DNA of 64,000 nt from Steroidobacteraceae bacterium. Lineage in GTDB: Bacteria > Pseudomonadota > Gammaproteobacteria > Steroidobacterales > Steroidobacteraceae. Below the pieces are notes generated by a model that saw only the letters and a program-made list of their open reading frames with translations, searched no databases and had not been told where the DNA came from. Of this stretch, positions 55,836-64,000 are shown in pieces. Both the position numbers and the translations under genes were made by a program. The stretch is taken from NCBI GenBank assembly GCA_035513555.1, contig DATKBY010000041.1:21272-85271 (forward strand). Reading direction: 5' to 3'. The first letter of the stretch is position 1. Every line of letters starts with the position of its first letter.

Positions 55836-58084
55836 ACGCGCTCCAGTTCGCGGTCACCCGCCGCGCATTCCTGCAGTCGTCCCTGACGGCGTCGGGCGGC
55901 CTGCTGCTGGTGCCCGTCTTCTCACGCCTGGCAACCGCTGAGGAAGCGTCCGTGAGCCCCCCGAATCCGTTCGGGCTGTTCCTGCGCATCGAACCCGACA
56001 ACCGCGTATTCATCGGCGCGCGCGGCGCGGAAATCGGGCAGGGGGTCAAGACCTCGCTGCCGATGATCATCGCGGATGAACTCGATGCGGCCTGGGCCGA
56101 CGTGACGGTCGAACAGCTGCCGCTGGCGATCGATTACTCGGGCGCGACACCGCAGTGGAAGTACGGGCCGCAAGGCGCCGGCGGCAGTACCAGCATTCCC
56201 GATGCCTGGGCGGACCTGCGCCAGGTCGGCGCCCAGGCGCGCTGGCTGATACGTCAGGCCGCAGCCGCGCAATGGAGCATTCCGCACGATGACGTCGCGA
56301 CGCGCGACGGCCATGCCATCCATCCGGACGGACGACGCGTGGCTTACGGCGGGCTGCTGGCCGCCGCTGCGGCGATGACCCTGCCGGCCGAGCCGGTGCC
56401 GATGAAGGCGCCCGCCGAGTACCGCATCATCGGACGCCCGCAGCGCGTCGTCGACGCCGGGGACATCGTCACCGGCCGCGCGCGTTACGGGATCGATGTC
56501 TACGAACCGGGCGCCTTCACTGCCGTGATGCTGCGCTGCCCGTATTTCGACGGCGACATCGCCAGTTACGAGGACAGCGCGGCCCGCGCCGTCCCGGGCG
56601 TCCGCGCGGTCGTCGTCGTGCCCGGGCCGAAACCCGGCGAACCGATTACGGCAAACCTGGCGACCGGCATCGCGGTCGTCGCCGAGGACACCTGGTCGGC
56701 ACTGAAGGGGCGCGCCGCACTCAAGGTCGAGTGGACCCGCGGTCCGTTCGCGGCGGAATCGAGTGCCGTGCTCGATGCGCAGTGCAGCGAACTGCTGGCG
56801 CGTACCGGTCAGGTCGTGCACAACGACGGCGATTTCGATGCTGCGCGGACTGGCGCCGCACGCACCGTGCAGGCGCGCTACCGCCAGCCGTACGTCAGCC
56901 ACGCACCGCTCGAGCCCGAGAATGCCTTCGTGCATGTGATGGCCGAGCGTGCACGCGTCATCGGACCGCTGCAGCAGCCGGCGGGCGCTTCGCGCGCGGT
57001 CCATCTGGTGACCGGCATTCCGCGCCCCGCGATCAGCGTCGACATGGTCAGGTCGGGCGGAGGATTCGGCCGGAAGCTGACGAACGATTTCGTGGCGGAG
57101 GCGGCGCTCATCTCGAAGGCGACGGGATTGCCCATCAAACTGCTGTGGACGCGATCCGACGACCTCCAGCACGATTTTTTCCGGCCTTTCGGCCATCACG
57201 AACTGATCGCCACGCTCGATGTGGACGACCGCGTGACCGGCTGGACCCACCGGCTTGCCAGCGCTTCCAAATATTACCGCCGACCGAACATGCAACCGGA
57301 GGGCCTGTGGGAGGCCGAGCTGTATCCGGACGATTTCCCGGCGAAGCTGGTGCCGAACTACCGGCTCGAATGGCACAGCGTGCAGAGCGGCATGACGCGC
57401 GGTTCTTGGCGCGCGCCGGCGCACACCGCGAATGCCTTCGTCGTGCAGAGCTTTCTCGACGAGATCGCGGCGGCGACCGGACAGGATCCACTCCGGTTGC
57501 GGCTGGCGATGCTGGGCGAGGATCGCGAGTTCGACTATGCGCAGCACGGCGGCCCGAAGTTCAGCACGGCAAGGCTGCGGACCGTGCTCGAACGCGTTGC
57601 CGCGGGGATCGACTGGGGCCGCACGCTGCCGCGCGGCCGAGGGCTCGGGATCGCCGCCCACTTTACGTTCGGCGGCTATGCCGCGCACGCCATGGAGGTC
57701 GAGGTCTCGCCGCGCGGCGATCTCGCAATCCACCGTGTGATCTGCGCGATCGACTGCGGCCAGCCGGTCAACCCGCTCGGGATCAACGCGCAGATGCAGG
57801 GCGGCACGATCGACGGATTGTCCACCGCGCTCAATCTCGAGATCTCGATCAAGGATGGCCGGGTTGTGGAGGGCAACTTCAACGACTACCCGCTCGCGAC
57901 GATGGCGCAGATGCCACGCGACATTGAGGTCATCATCGTGGACTCGACGGAATCGCCGGCCGGATGCGGCGAGATGGGCATCCCGACTGCAGCGCCCGCG
58001 CTTGCGAACGCTATCTTCGCCGCGTCCGGCGTGCGCATTCGCAACCTGCCGATGCGCGACCAGCTAGTCCAGGCCCTGAAGTAA
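55832..58084 (+). CDS. molybdopterin-binding large subunit (xanthine dehydrogenase family, IorB-like), Tat signal
   Basis: Starts at GTG 55832 (GTGA overlap). [18 protein letters not shown] twin-arginine signal. About 750 aa. Confidence 0.85.
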   Translation: MNALQFAVTRRAFLQSSLTASGGLLLVPVFSRLATAEEASVSPPNPFGLFLRIEPDNRVFIGARGAEIGQGVKTSLPMIIADELDAAWADVTVEQLPLAIDYSGATPQWKYGPQGAGGSTSIPDAWADLRQVGAQARWLIRQAAAAQWSIPHDDVATRDGHAIHPDGRRVAYGGLLAAAAAMTLPAEPVPMKAPAEYRIIGRPQRVVDAGDIVTGRARYGIDVYEPGAFTAVMLRCPYFDGDIASYEDSAARAVPGVRAVVVVPGPKPGEPITANLATGIAVVAEDTWSALKGRAALKVEWTRGPFAAESSAVLDAQCSELLARTGQVVHNDGDFDAARTGAARTVQARYRQPYVSHAPLEPENAFVHVMAERARVIGPLQQPAGASRAVHLVTGIPRPAISVDMVRSGGGFGRKLTNDFVAEAALISKATGLPIKLLWTRSDDLQHDFFRPFGHHELIATLDVDDRVTGWTHRLASASKYYRRPNMQPEGLWEAELYPDDFPAKLVPNYRLEWHSVQSGMTRGSWRAPAHTANAFVVQSFLDEIAAATGQDPLRLRLAMLGEDREFDYAQHGGPKFSTARLRTVLERVAAGIDWGRTLPRGRGLGIAAHFTFGGYAAHAMEVEVSPRGDLAIHRVICAIDCGQPVNPLGINAQMQGGTIDGLSTALNLEISIKDGRVVEGNFNDYPLATMAQMPRDIEVIIVDSTESPAGCGEMGIPTAAPALANAIFAASGVRIRNLPMRDQLVQALK

Positions 58085-58750
58085 GCGGGTGCCGCCCAGC
58101 CGGTTCATCTGGTTCAGGATCCATGCCTGGCGCAGACGCACGTAGGCGGACGGATTGTCGACGCGCAGGCGCTTCGGGCTCGGCAGCACAGCCGCCAGCA
58201 GCGCGGCTTCCGGCCGGTCGAGCAGGGCTGCCAGCTTGCCGAAATACGTCCGGCTCGCGGCTTCGATTCCCCAGACGCCGCGCCCGAACTCGGCGCTGTT
58301 CAGGTAAACCTCGAGGATCCGCCGCTTCGGCCACAGCGCCTCGATCCAGATCGTGAACCAGGCTTCGAGTCCTTTCCGTACCCAGCTTTGGCCGGGCCAC
58401 AGGAACAGGTTCTTCGCGACCTGCTGGCTGATCGTGCTCGCGCCGCGCTGGCGTCGGCCTTGCCCCGCCTCGGCAAGGGCCTTGTCGATGGCCGCGAAAT
58501 CGAAGCCGTCGTGCACCGGGAACTTCTGGTCCTCCGCCGCGATGACGGCAACCGCCGCATGACCCGAGATCTCGCCCCACGCTACCCAATCGTGCCGCAG
58601 CTCCGGCTCGTCATCCTGGAGCATGAACGCCGTCGTCGGCACGGGCAGCCAGCGCAACGTGAGCACGACGAGCACGCTCAGCATCGCCGTGGACAGCAGG
58701 GCGGTGACGGCCGCCCGCGCCAGCCGCACCGGCCAGGAGCGGCGCCTCAT
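58064..58750 (-). CDS. mtgA: monofunctional biosynthetic peptidoglycan transglycosylase
   Basis: 228 aa with [19 protein letters not shown] and RILEVYLN. Confidence 0.93.
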   Translation of the reverse strand: MRRRSWPVRLARAAVTALLSTAMLSVLVVLTLRWLPVPTTAFMLQDDEPELRHDWVAWGEISGHAAVAVIAAEDQKFPVHDGFDFAAIDKALAEAGQGRRQRGASTISQQVAKNLFLWPGQSWVRKGLEAWFTIWIEALWPKRRILEVYLNSAEFGRGVWGIEAASRTYFGKLAALLDRPEAALLAAVLPSPKRLRVDNPSAYVRLRQAWILNQMNRLGGTRLLQGLD

Positions 58751-58762
58751 GTCGCGGATTTG

Positions 58763-59260
58763 TCAGGCGGCGCTGGTGCGCCGCACCAGCGTGACGACTA
58801 CCGGCTCCAGCGGCACGTCGTCGTGACCGCTTACCCGGCCGGTCTTCGTCGCCGCGATCTTGTCAATCACATCGATGCCGCTGGCGACGCGGCCGAAGAC
58901 CGCGTAGCCGAAATTGCCAGGGCGGTGATCGAGGAACGCGTTGTCGACGAGATTGACGAAGAACTGGGATGTCGCACTGTGCAGGTCGTTGGTGCGTGCC
59001 ATCGCGATGGAGCCGCGCCGGTTGCGCAGTCCGTTGTCGGCCTCGTTCGTGATCGGTTCGTGCGCCGGCTTCTGTTTCATGTCGGCGGTAAAGCCGCCGC
59101 CCTGGACCATGAATCCGGGGATCACGCGGTGGAATATCGTGCCGGCGAAATACCTTTCGTCGACATAACGCAGGAAGTTCTGGCAGGAAACCGGCGCCGA
59201 TTCGGCGTCGAGGTCCACGGTGAAATCGCCGAGCGTCGTCTCGAAGCGCACCATAGGCAT
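58763..59260 (-). CDS. ppiB: peptidyl-prolyl cis-trans isomerase (cyclophilin type, cytoplasmic)
   Basis: 165 aa. The start is preceded by GGAGG. Contains FHRVIPGFMVQGGG. Confidence 0.92.
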   Translation of the reverse strand: MPMVRFETTLGDFTVDLDAESAPVSCQNFLRYVDERYFAGTIFHRVIPGFMVQGGGFTADMKQKPAHEPITNEADNGLRNRRGSIAMARTNDLHSATSQFFVNLVDNAFLDHRPGNFGYAVFGRVASGIDVIDKIAATKTGRVSGHDDVPLEPVVVTLVRRTSAA

Positions 59261-59291
59261 CGCCCTCCGGAATAAAGCGCGATTGTAACCG

Positions 59292-60128
59292 TCAGCGTCC
59301 GGAATTGCCGCGCGTCGCACGTTCGTGCCCGGCGAGGTCGCGGCGTGACTCGATGCCCGCGAGACCCGATTGCGCCATCCATGCGCGAATGCGCGCTCCC
59401 TGCGTCGCGCCGTGCTCGACGATCAGGCAGCCGCCGGTGGCCAGCCGGGAGCCAGCTCCGGCGCAGATCGCCTCGAGCGCGCGCAATCCGTCATCGCCGG
59501 CGACCAGCGCGACCTCAGGCTCGTGCGCGAGCGCAGCGAGCGCCGGGTCCCCGGCCGCGACGTAGGGGGGATTCGAGACGATGACGTCGAAGCGCGCCGT
59601 TGCAACCGGTTCGAACCAGTTTCCGGCAACGAACTGCAGGTTCGCGAGCGCGAGCCGGCCCGCATTGCCGCGGGCGACAGCGAGTGCCGGCTCGCTGATG
59701 TCGAGGGCCGTAACCCATGCATCGGGCCGTTCATGCGCGATCGCGAGCGCGATGGCGCCGCTGCCGGTTCCGAGATCGAGCACGGCGGGTTCCCGCCTGC
59801 CGGCGAGCACTTCCAGCGCCCATTCGACCAGCAGTTCGGTCTCCGGCCGCGGCACCAGCACGTCCGGGGTGACGTCGAGTTCGAGCGACCAGAACTCGCG
59901 CCGGCCCGTCAGGTAGGCGAGCGGTTCCCCTGCCGCGCGCCGGACGGCGAGCCGCTCGAGGCGCACGGCCTGATCGGCAGTCAGTTCCAGCTCCGGCCGG
60001 GCCGCGAGCGCCGCGCGCGACAGGCCGAGCACGTGCGCGAGCAGCAGCGCGGCATCGAGCGCTGCGGACGACGAATCCGCGGCAAGCAGGTGGCGCAGCG
60101 TCGCCTCCGCTTCGTGCGCGCGCGTCAT
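59292..60128 (-). CDS. prmC: release factor glutamine methyltransferase
   Basis: 278 aa with ATGA overlap with prf[11 protein letters not shown] and NPPY. Confidence 0.93.
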   Translation of the reverse strand: MTRAHEAEATLRHLLAADSSSAALDAALLLAHVLGLSRAALAARPELELTADQAVRLERLAVRRAAGEPLAYLTGRREFWSLELDVTPDVLVPRPETELLVEWALEVLAGRREPAVLDLGTGSGAIALAIAHERPDAWVTALDISEPALAVARGNAGRLALANLQFVAGNWFEPVATARFDVIVSNPPYVAAGDPALAALAHEPEVALVAGDDGLRALEAICAGAGSRLATGGCLIVEHGATQGARIRAWMAQSGLAGIESRRDLAGHERATRGNSGR

Positions 60129-61204
60129 TCGAGCTCGGCCAGTTCCTCGGCGCGATGTTCGCGCGAGAGCGTGTCGATTACTTCGTCGAGATCGCCGTCG
60201 ATGATGGTATCGAGGCGATAGAGCGTCAGCTCGATGCGGTGGTCGGTCAACCGGCCCTGCGGGAAATTGTAGGTGCGGATGCGCTCCGAGCGGTCGCCCG
60301 TGCCGACCTGCAGCCGCCGCTTGCGGGCCGTCTCTGCGGTGCGCTTTTCGCGCTTCGCTGCGAGCAGGCGGGCACCCAGCAACGACAGCGCACGCGCGCG
60401 GTTCTTGTGCTGCGACCGCTCGTCCTGGCACTCGACGACGATGCCGGTCGGAATATGCGTGATGCGCACGGCGGAATCGGTCTTGTTGACGTGCTGGCCG
60501 CCGGCGCCCGAAGAGCGGTAGGTGTCGGTGCGCAGGTCCGCGGGATTGATTTCCACGCTTTCGACCTCGCCCAGTTCCGGCAGGACCGCGACGGTGCAGG
60601 TCGAGGTGTGGATCCTGCCCTGCGCTTCGGTCGCCGGCACGCGCTGCACGCGATGCGTGCCGGATTCGAACTTCAGGCGCGCATAGACGTCGCGGCCGGC
60701 GATCCGGCTGACGACCTCGCGATATCCACCGTGCTCGCCGCGGCTTTCCGACAGGATTTCCACCGTCCAGCCGCGGTGTTCCGCGTAGCGCGCATACATC
60801 CGAAACAGGTCGCCTGCAAAAATGGCGGCCTCGTCGCCACCCGCCGCAGCCCGCACTTCCAGGAAAACATCGTGACCGTCGAGCGGATCGGGCGGCACCA
60901 GCAACTGCTGGAGCCGATTTTCCTCGGCCGTAGCCGCCGCCTCGAGTTCCGCTATTTCCTGCCGCGCGAGCTCGCGCACTTCGGCGTCCGGGTCTGTTGA
61001 GACGGCGCGCGCGGCGGTGAGCTGGCGCTCCTTGTCCGCGAGACGTGCGAGCCCGCGGGCGATAGGTTCGATACGCGCGAACTCGACCGACAGGTCCCGG
61101 TAGCGATCGCTCTGCGACATGACCGCAGGATCCGACAGCAGGCGCTCGATCTCCGCATGGCGGTCACTGACGCGCTCGAGTCGCCGCCGAATGGCCTCTT
61201 TCAT
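60125..61204 (-). CDS. prfA: peptide chain release factor 1
   Basis: 359 aa with the PAT tripeptide (RVPATE) and GGQHVN. Confidence 0.98.
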   Translation of the reverse strand: MKEAIRRRLERVSDRHAEIERLLSDPAVMSQSDRYRDLSVEFARIEPIARGLARLADKERQLTAARAVSTDPDAEVRELARQEIAELEAAATAEENRLQQLLVPPDPLDGHDVFLEVRAAAGGDEAAIFAGDLFRMYARYAEHRGWTVEILSESRGEHGGYREVVSRIAGRDVYARLKFESGTHRVQRVPATEAQGRIHTSTCTVAVLPELGEVESVEINPADLRTDTYRSSGAGGQHVNKTDSAVRITHIPTGIVVECQDERSQHKNRARALSLLGARLLAAKREKRTAETARKRRLQVGTGDRSERIRTYNFPQGRLTDHRIELTLYRLDTIIDGDLDEVIDTLSREHRAEELAELE

Positions 61205-62451
61205 TGCGGATCCCGGGTGGCGCGGAATAGGCGCGCGGCCGCGGCCGCGAGCGCGTCGTCGCCGCGTTCGGCGGCCTCGCGCAACGCCGCGGACGGCGCA
61301 TGCAGCAGGCGGTTCGTCAGCGCTCCCGCGAGATATTCGAGCACCTGATCCGGATTGTGGCCCGCCGCGAGCATGCGTCGGGCGTGATCGAGGGTCTGGT
61401 CGCGCGCGATTTCCGCCTGGCTTCGCAGTTCCCGGATCATCGGCACGGCGTCCAGGACCTTCAGGCCGGACATGAAGCGTGCGACATCCTCGTCGATGAT
61501 GCGCCGCGCGGCTCCGGCTTCGTCCTGCCTGGCCTTCACATTCTCGTCGATCACCAGGCGCAGGTCGTCGATCGTATAAAGATAGACATCCTCGAGCCGC
61601 CCGACCCGCGGGTCGATGTCGCGCGGCACGGCGAGGTCGAGCATGAACATCGGGCGATGACGACGCGCGACGAGCGCGGCGCGGACCGCGTCGAATCCGA
61701 TCACGTGCCCGGGACGCGCCGTCGAGCTGATCACGATGTCCGCGTGCGGCAGATGGGCTGCGAGCGACTCGATCAGGATCGCCGAAGCCTCGACGCCGCC
61801 GGCGATGCGCTGCGCGCGGCCGAGGCTCCGGTTGGCAATGATCATCCGGCCGATGCGCTGGCCGTGCAGGTGGCGCGCCGCGAGCCCGATCATCTCGCCG
61901 GCGCCGACGAGCAGGGCGGTGTGCGCTTCGAATCCCGCGAAGATGCGCCGGGCCAGCCGGATTCCGGCGGACGCCGCGGAAACCGCGCTGGCGCCGATCG
62001 CGGTTTCGCTGCGCACACGCTTGGCGACAGAGAATGTCGTCTGGAACAGCCGGTTGAGCTGCACGCCGGCCGTGCCGGCGTCCTGCGCCGCGCGATAGGC
62101 GTCCTTCAGCTGCCCGAGAATCTGCGGTTCGCCGAGGACCAGCGAGTCGAGGCCCGCGGCCACGGAGAATGCGTGTCGCACCGCGTCGTCACCTTCAATG
62201 CGATACAGGCACTCGGCGAGCGAAATGCCGCCGGATGCATCTGCAAGCCAGGCGCCGATGGCTCCAGAGTTGTCGCCAACGCAATAAAGCTCGGTGCGGT
62301 TGCAGGTCGAGACGATCAGTGCTTCCTTTATTCCCGGCAACGCGCGCAGCGAAGCGAGCGCCCCCGGCAGGCGGCCGGCATCGAACACGATGCGCTCGCG
62401 CACTTCTATCGGCGCGGTGCGGTGATTCAGTCCGAGGACAACGAGCGACAT
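61201..62451 (-). CDS. hemA: glutamyl-tRNA reductase
   Basis: 416 aa from the complement of 62449-62451: [19 protein letters not shown]...STCNRTELY. Confidence 0.95.
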   Translation of the reverse strand: MSLVVLGLNHRTAPIEVRERIVFDAGRLPGALASLRALPGIKEALIVSTCNRTELYCVGDNSGAIGAWLADASGGISLAECLYRIEGDDAVRHAFSVAAGLDSLVLGEPQILGQLKDAYRAAQDAGTAGVQLNRLFQTTFSVAKRVRSETAIGASAVSAASAGIRLARRIFAGFEAHTALLVGAGEMIGLAARHLHGQRIGRMIIANRSLGRAQRIAGGVEASAILIESLAAHLPHADIVISSTARPGHVIGFDAVRAALVARRHRPMFMLDLAVPRDIDPRVGRLEDVYLYTIDDLRLVIDENVKARQDEAGAARRIIDEDVARFMSGLKVLDAVPMIRELRSQAEIARDQTLDHARRMLAAGHNPDQVLEYLAGALTNRLLHAPSAALREAAERGDDALAAAAARLFRATRDPQ

Positions 62452-62528
62452 GGTGAGCCGGAATCGGGAACCCGGCGGATTGTCCGGTAACGATCCCGGC
62501 AGCACAAGCGCTGGGCTATAGTGATGCG

Positions 62529-64000
62529 ATGCACGCCTGGAAGCGATTGCTCGCGATATCGCTGATCTCGGCCGCCGCCGTGCCGGCCCATGCCGCCCTG
62601 CCTCGCTGCCCCGGAGGCGACACCTGGCAGCTCGTCGTCGATGCGGAGCAGGCGCTCGCGCTTGCGGACTGGCCCGAAGCGACGCGACTTTACGCATGCG
62701 CCGCGGCGAAGAGCAGCGATCCGGCGCTCGCCGAGCGAGCGACGCGCACCGCATACGAGAACCATCAGCTGAAACGGGCGGTCACGGCGGCGCGGCGCTG
62801 GCGCGAACTCGCGCCCGACAGCGAAGTCGCGCGCCGGCATCTCGCGACCAGTTTGCTGCGGCTGTATGACGACGAAGCGGCCGGCCTGGAGTTTGCGAAG
62901 CTGCTGAATACGAGCTATGCCGACCGCGCGCGCGGCTACATCGTTCTGCTTGGCATCCTCGCCGAGGAGCAAAACGAGACTGGCGCAGCGCGAGTCATGG
63001 GCCGCCTCGCAACAGCGGACCCCGGCAGCGCCGAAGCGCAGTACGCGGCGGCGGTGCTCTGGCTTCGCGCCGATGACGCGGGCCGCGCACTCGCAGCCGC
63101 GCGACGCGCTCTGGATCTCCGTCCCCGCTGGCGCATGGCGGAACTCGTCGTCGTCGGCGCCGAATCGAAGCTCGGCCGCCACGAGGACGCGCTCGCGACT
63201 GCCGCCCGGCTTGCGGCCGACGGCGATCCCCACTCGCAGCTGTCACACGCATGGCTTCTGCTCGAGAACGACCGGCGCGACGAAGCCGCGCAGGTGTTCG
63301 AGGACCTGCGCCGCCCCGGCGGTGCCGCGGCCGGCGACGCGCTGGACGGCCTGGCCGCGATCGCGCTCGAAGAGCGGCGCTTCGACGACGCCGAGCGGCT
63401 GCTGAACGAGGCGGTCCGCGACCCGAAGCAGCTGGACCTTGCCCAGTGGCGGCTTGCCGGCATGGCCGAGGAGCGGGGCGAACGCGCGGACGCCGCGCGG
63501 AAGTACCAGCGCATCACGACCGGACCGCGCGCGGTCGTGTCGCAGCTGCGCGCGTACCGGCTGTGGCGGGAACTCGGCGAAACCGAGCGCGCGGAGCTGC
63601 TGATCGACGATTATCTGGCGATGTCGCCGGCCGACACGCGCGAAATCGTGTCCGGGGTAGCGTCGATCCTCGTCGAGGAAGGCCGCGGCGAAGAGGCCAT
63701 CGGGCTCATCGATCGCGCCTACGCCCGGCTGCCCGACGATGGACTGCTGCTGGCCCGCGCCTTCCTGCTGGAACGGCTCGACCGCGTGCCGGAAGCGGTC
63801 GTGGAGATGCGGCGCGTCCTTGCGCGCCGCCGCGCAGATCCGGTCGTGCAGAATGCGCTCGGCTACACGCTCGTTGACCGCACGCGCTCGATCGCGGAGG
63901 GACATCGACTCATCAAGGCCGCGCTTGCCGCGCAGCCGGACAGCTATGCAATCCAGGACTCCATGGGCTGGGCGCTGGTGCGGCTCGGCCGCCTCGAGGA
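62529..64000 (+). CDS. TPR-repeat protein with signal peptide (gene continues beyond the right edge)
   Basis: My own translation from ATG 62529 stays open to the window end with high GC3: MHAWKRLLAISLISAAAVPAHA... followed by repeated Ala/Leu/Arg helical-hairpin repeats. It occupies the position of the TPR gene that precedes lolB-ispE divergent from hemA in pseudomonads. Absent from the track because no stop lies in the window. Confidence 0.75.
   Translation, partial: MHAWKRLLAISLISAAAVPAHAALPRCPGGDTWQLVVDAEQALALADWPEATRLYACAAAKSSDPALAERATRTAYENHQLKRAVTAARRWRELAPDSEVARRHLATSLLRLYDDEAAGLEFAKLLNTSYADRARGYIVLLGILAEEQNETGAARVMGRLATADPGSAEAQYAAAVLWLRADDAGRALAAARRALDLRPRWRMAELVVVGAESKLGRHEDALATAARLAADGDPHSQLSHAWLLLENDRRDEAAQVFEDLRRPGGAAAGDALDGLAAIALEERRFDDAERLLNEAVRDPKQLDLAQWRLAGMAEERGERADAARKYQRITTGPRAVVSQLRAYRLWRELGETERAELLIDDYLAMSPADTREIVSGVASILVEEGRGEEAIGLIDRAYARLPDDGLLLARAFLLERLDRVPEAVVEMRRVLARRRADPVVQNALGYTLVDRTRSIAEGHRLIKAALAAQPDSYAIQDSMGWALVRLGRLE

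Noticed and set aside
55922-57733. 603-aa ORF antisense to the IorB-like molybdoenzyme gene
   Set aside because: Antisense GC artefact, with no recognisable motif.
60125-61204. Checked the release factor gene for a programmed +1 frameshift
   Set aside because: That feature belongs to prfB (RF2). This gene is RF1 (PAT motif) with one uninterrupted frame.
62427-63905. Three long ORFs (62427-63233 -, 62936-63517 -, 63243-63905 -) and 63251-63877 + near the right edge
   Set aside because: They overlap one another and are Arg-rich. An uninterrupted plus-strand frame from ATG 62529 to the window end has high GC3, a signal peptide and TPR-like repeats, and it explains the region.

Overview
GC-rich chromosomal core region with third codon positions almost all G/C. 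Gene content and synteny look gammaproteobacterial (Pseudomonas/Xanthomonas-like): surA-pdxA-rsmA-apaG-apaH, lptD divergent from amgK-murU, mreBCD-mrdA-rodA-mltB-rlpA-dacA-ybeD next to lipB/lipA, mreB divergent from gatCAB, and hemA-prfA-prmC divergent from a TPR gene. I call 64 protein-coding genes. Two run off the window edges and are missing from the supplied ORF track: dsbD on the left and a TPR protein on the right. I also call one CIRCE operator, one clear rho-independent terminator and a few weak promoter-like hexamers. I found no tRNA/rRNA genes, CRISPR arrays, IS elements, integrases, prophage genes or defence-type genes. Most long ORFs in the six-frame track are antisense or out-of-frame artefacts of the high GC content, or N-terminal over-extensions. 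I chose starts using recognisable N-termini, GC3, RBS-like motifs and stop/start coupling. Honest assessment: this is housekeeping DNA packed very tightly, with only about 1.1 kb outside my CDS calls, and I see no convincing novel multi-gene system. The best candidates for follow-up are: (i) a seven-gene translationally coupled module (ODC-fold decarboxylase, MepK-like peptidase, HIT, HDAC-type amidohydrolase, TfoX_N, HD, beta-carbonic anhydrase) appended to glnE-kdkA-waaA; (ii) a SET-domain methyltransferase wedged between thyA and folA; (iii) an OsmC-family peroxidase wedged between lipA and lipB; (iv) an apparent frameshift in a small 4-TM membrane protein; (v) a kynureninase plus atypical cyclase pair and an adjacent orphan secreted protein. 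Product calls rest on motifs I can read in the translations plus synteny. No database search was run.
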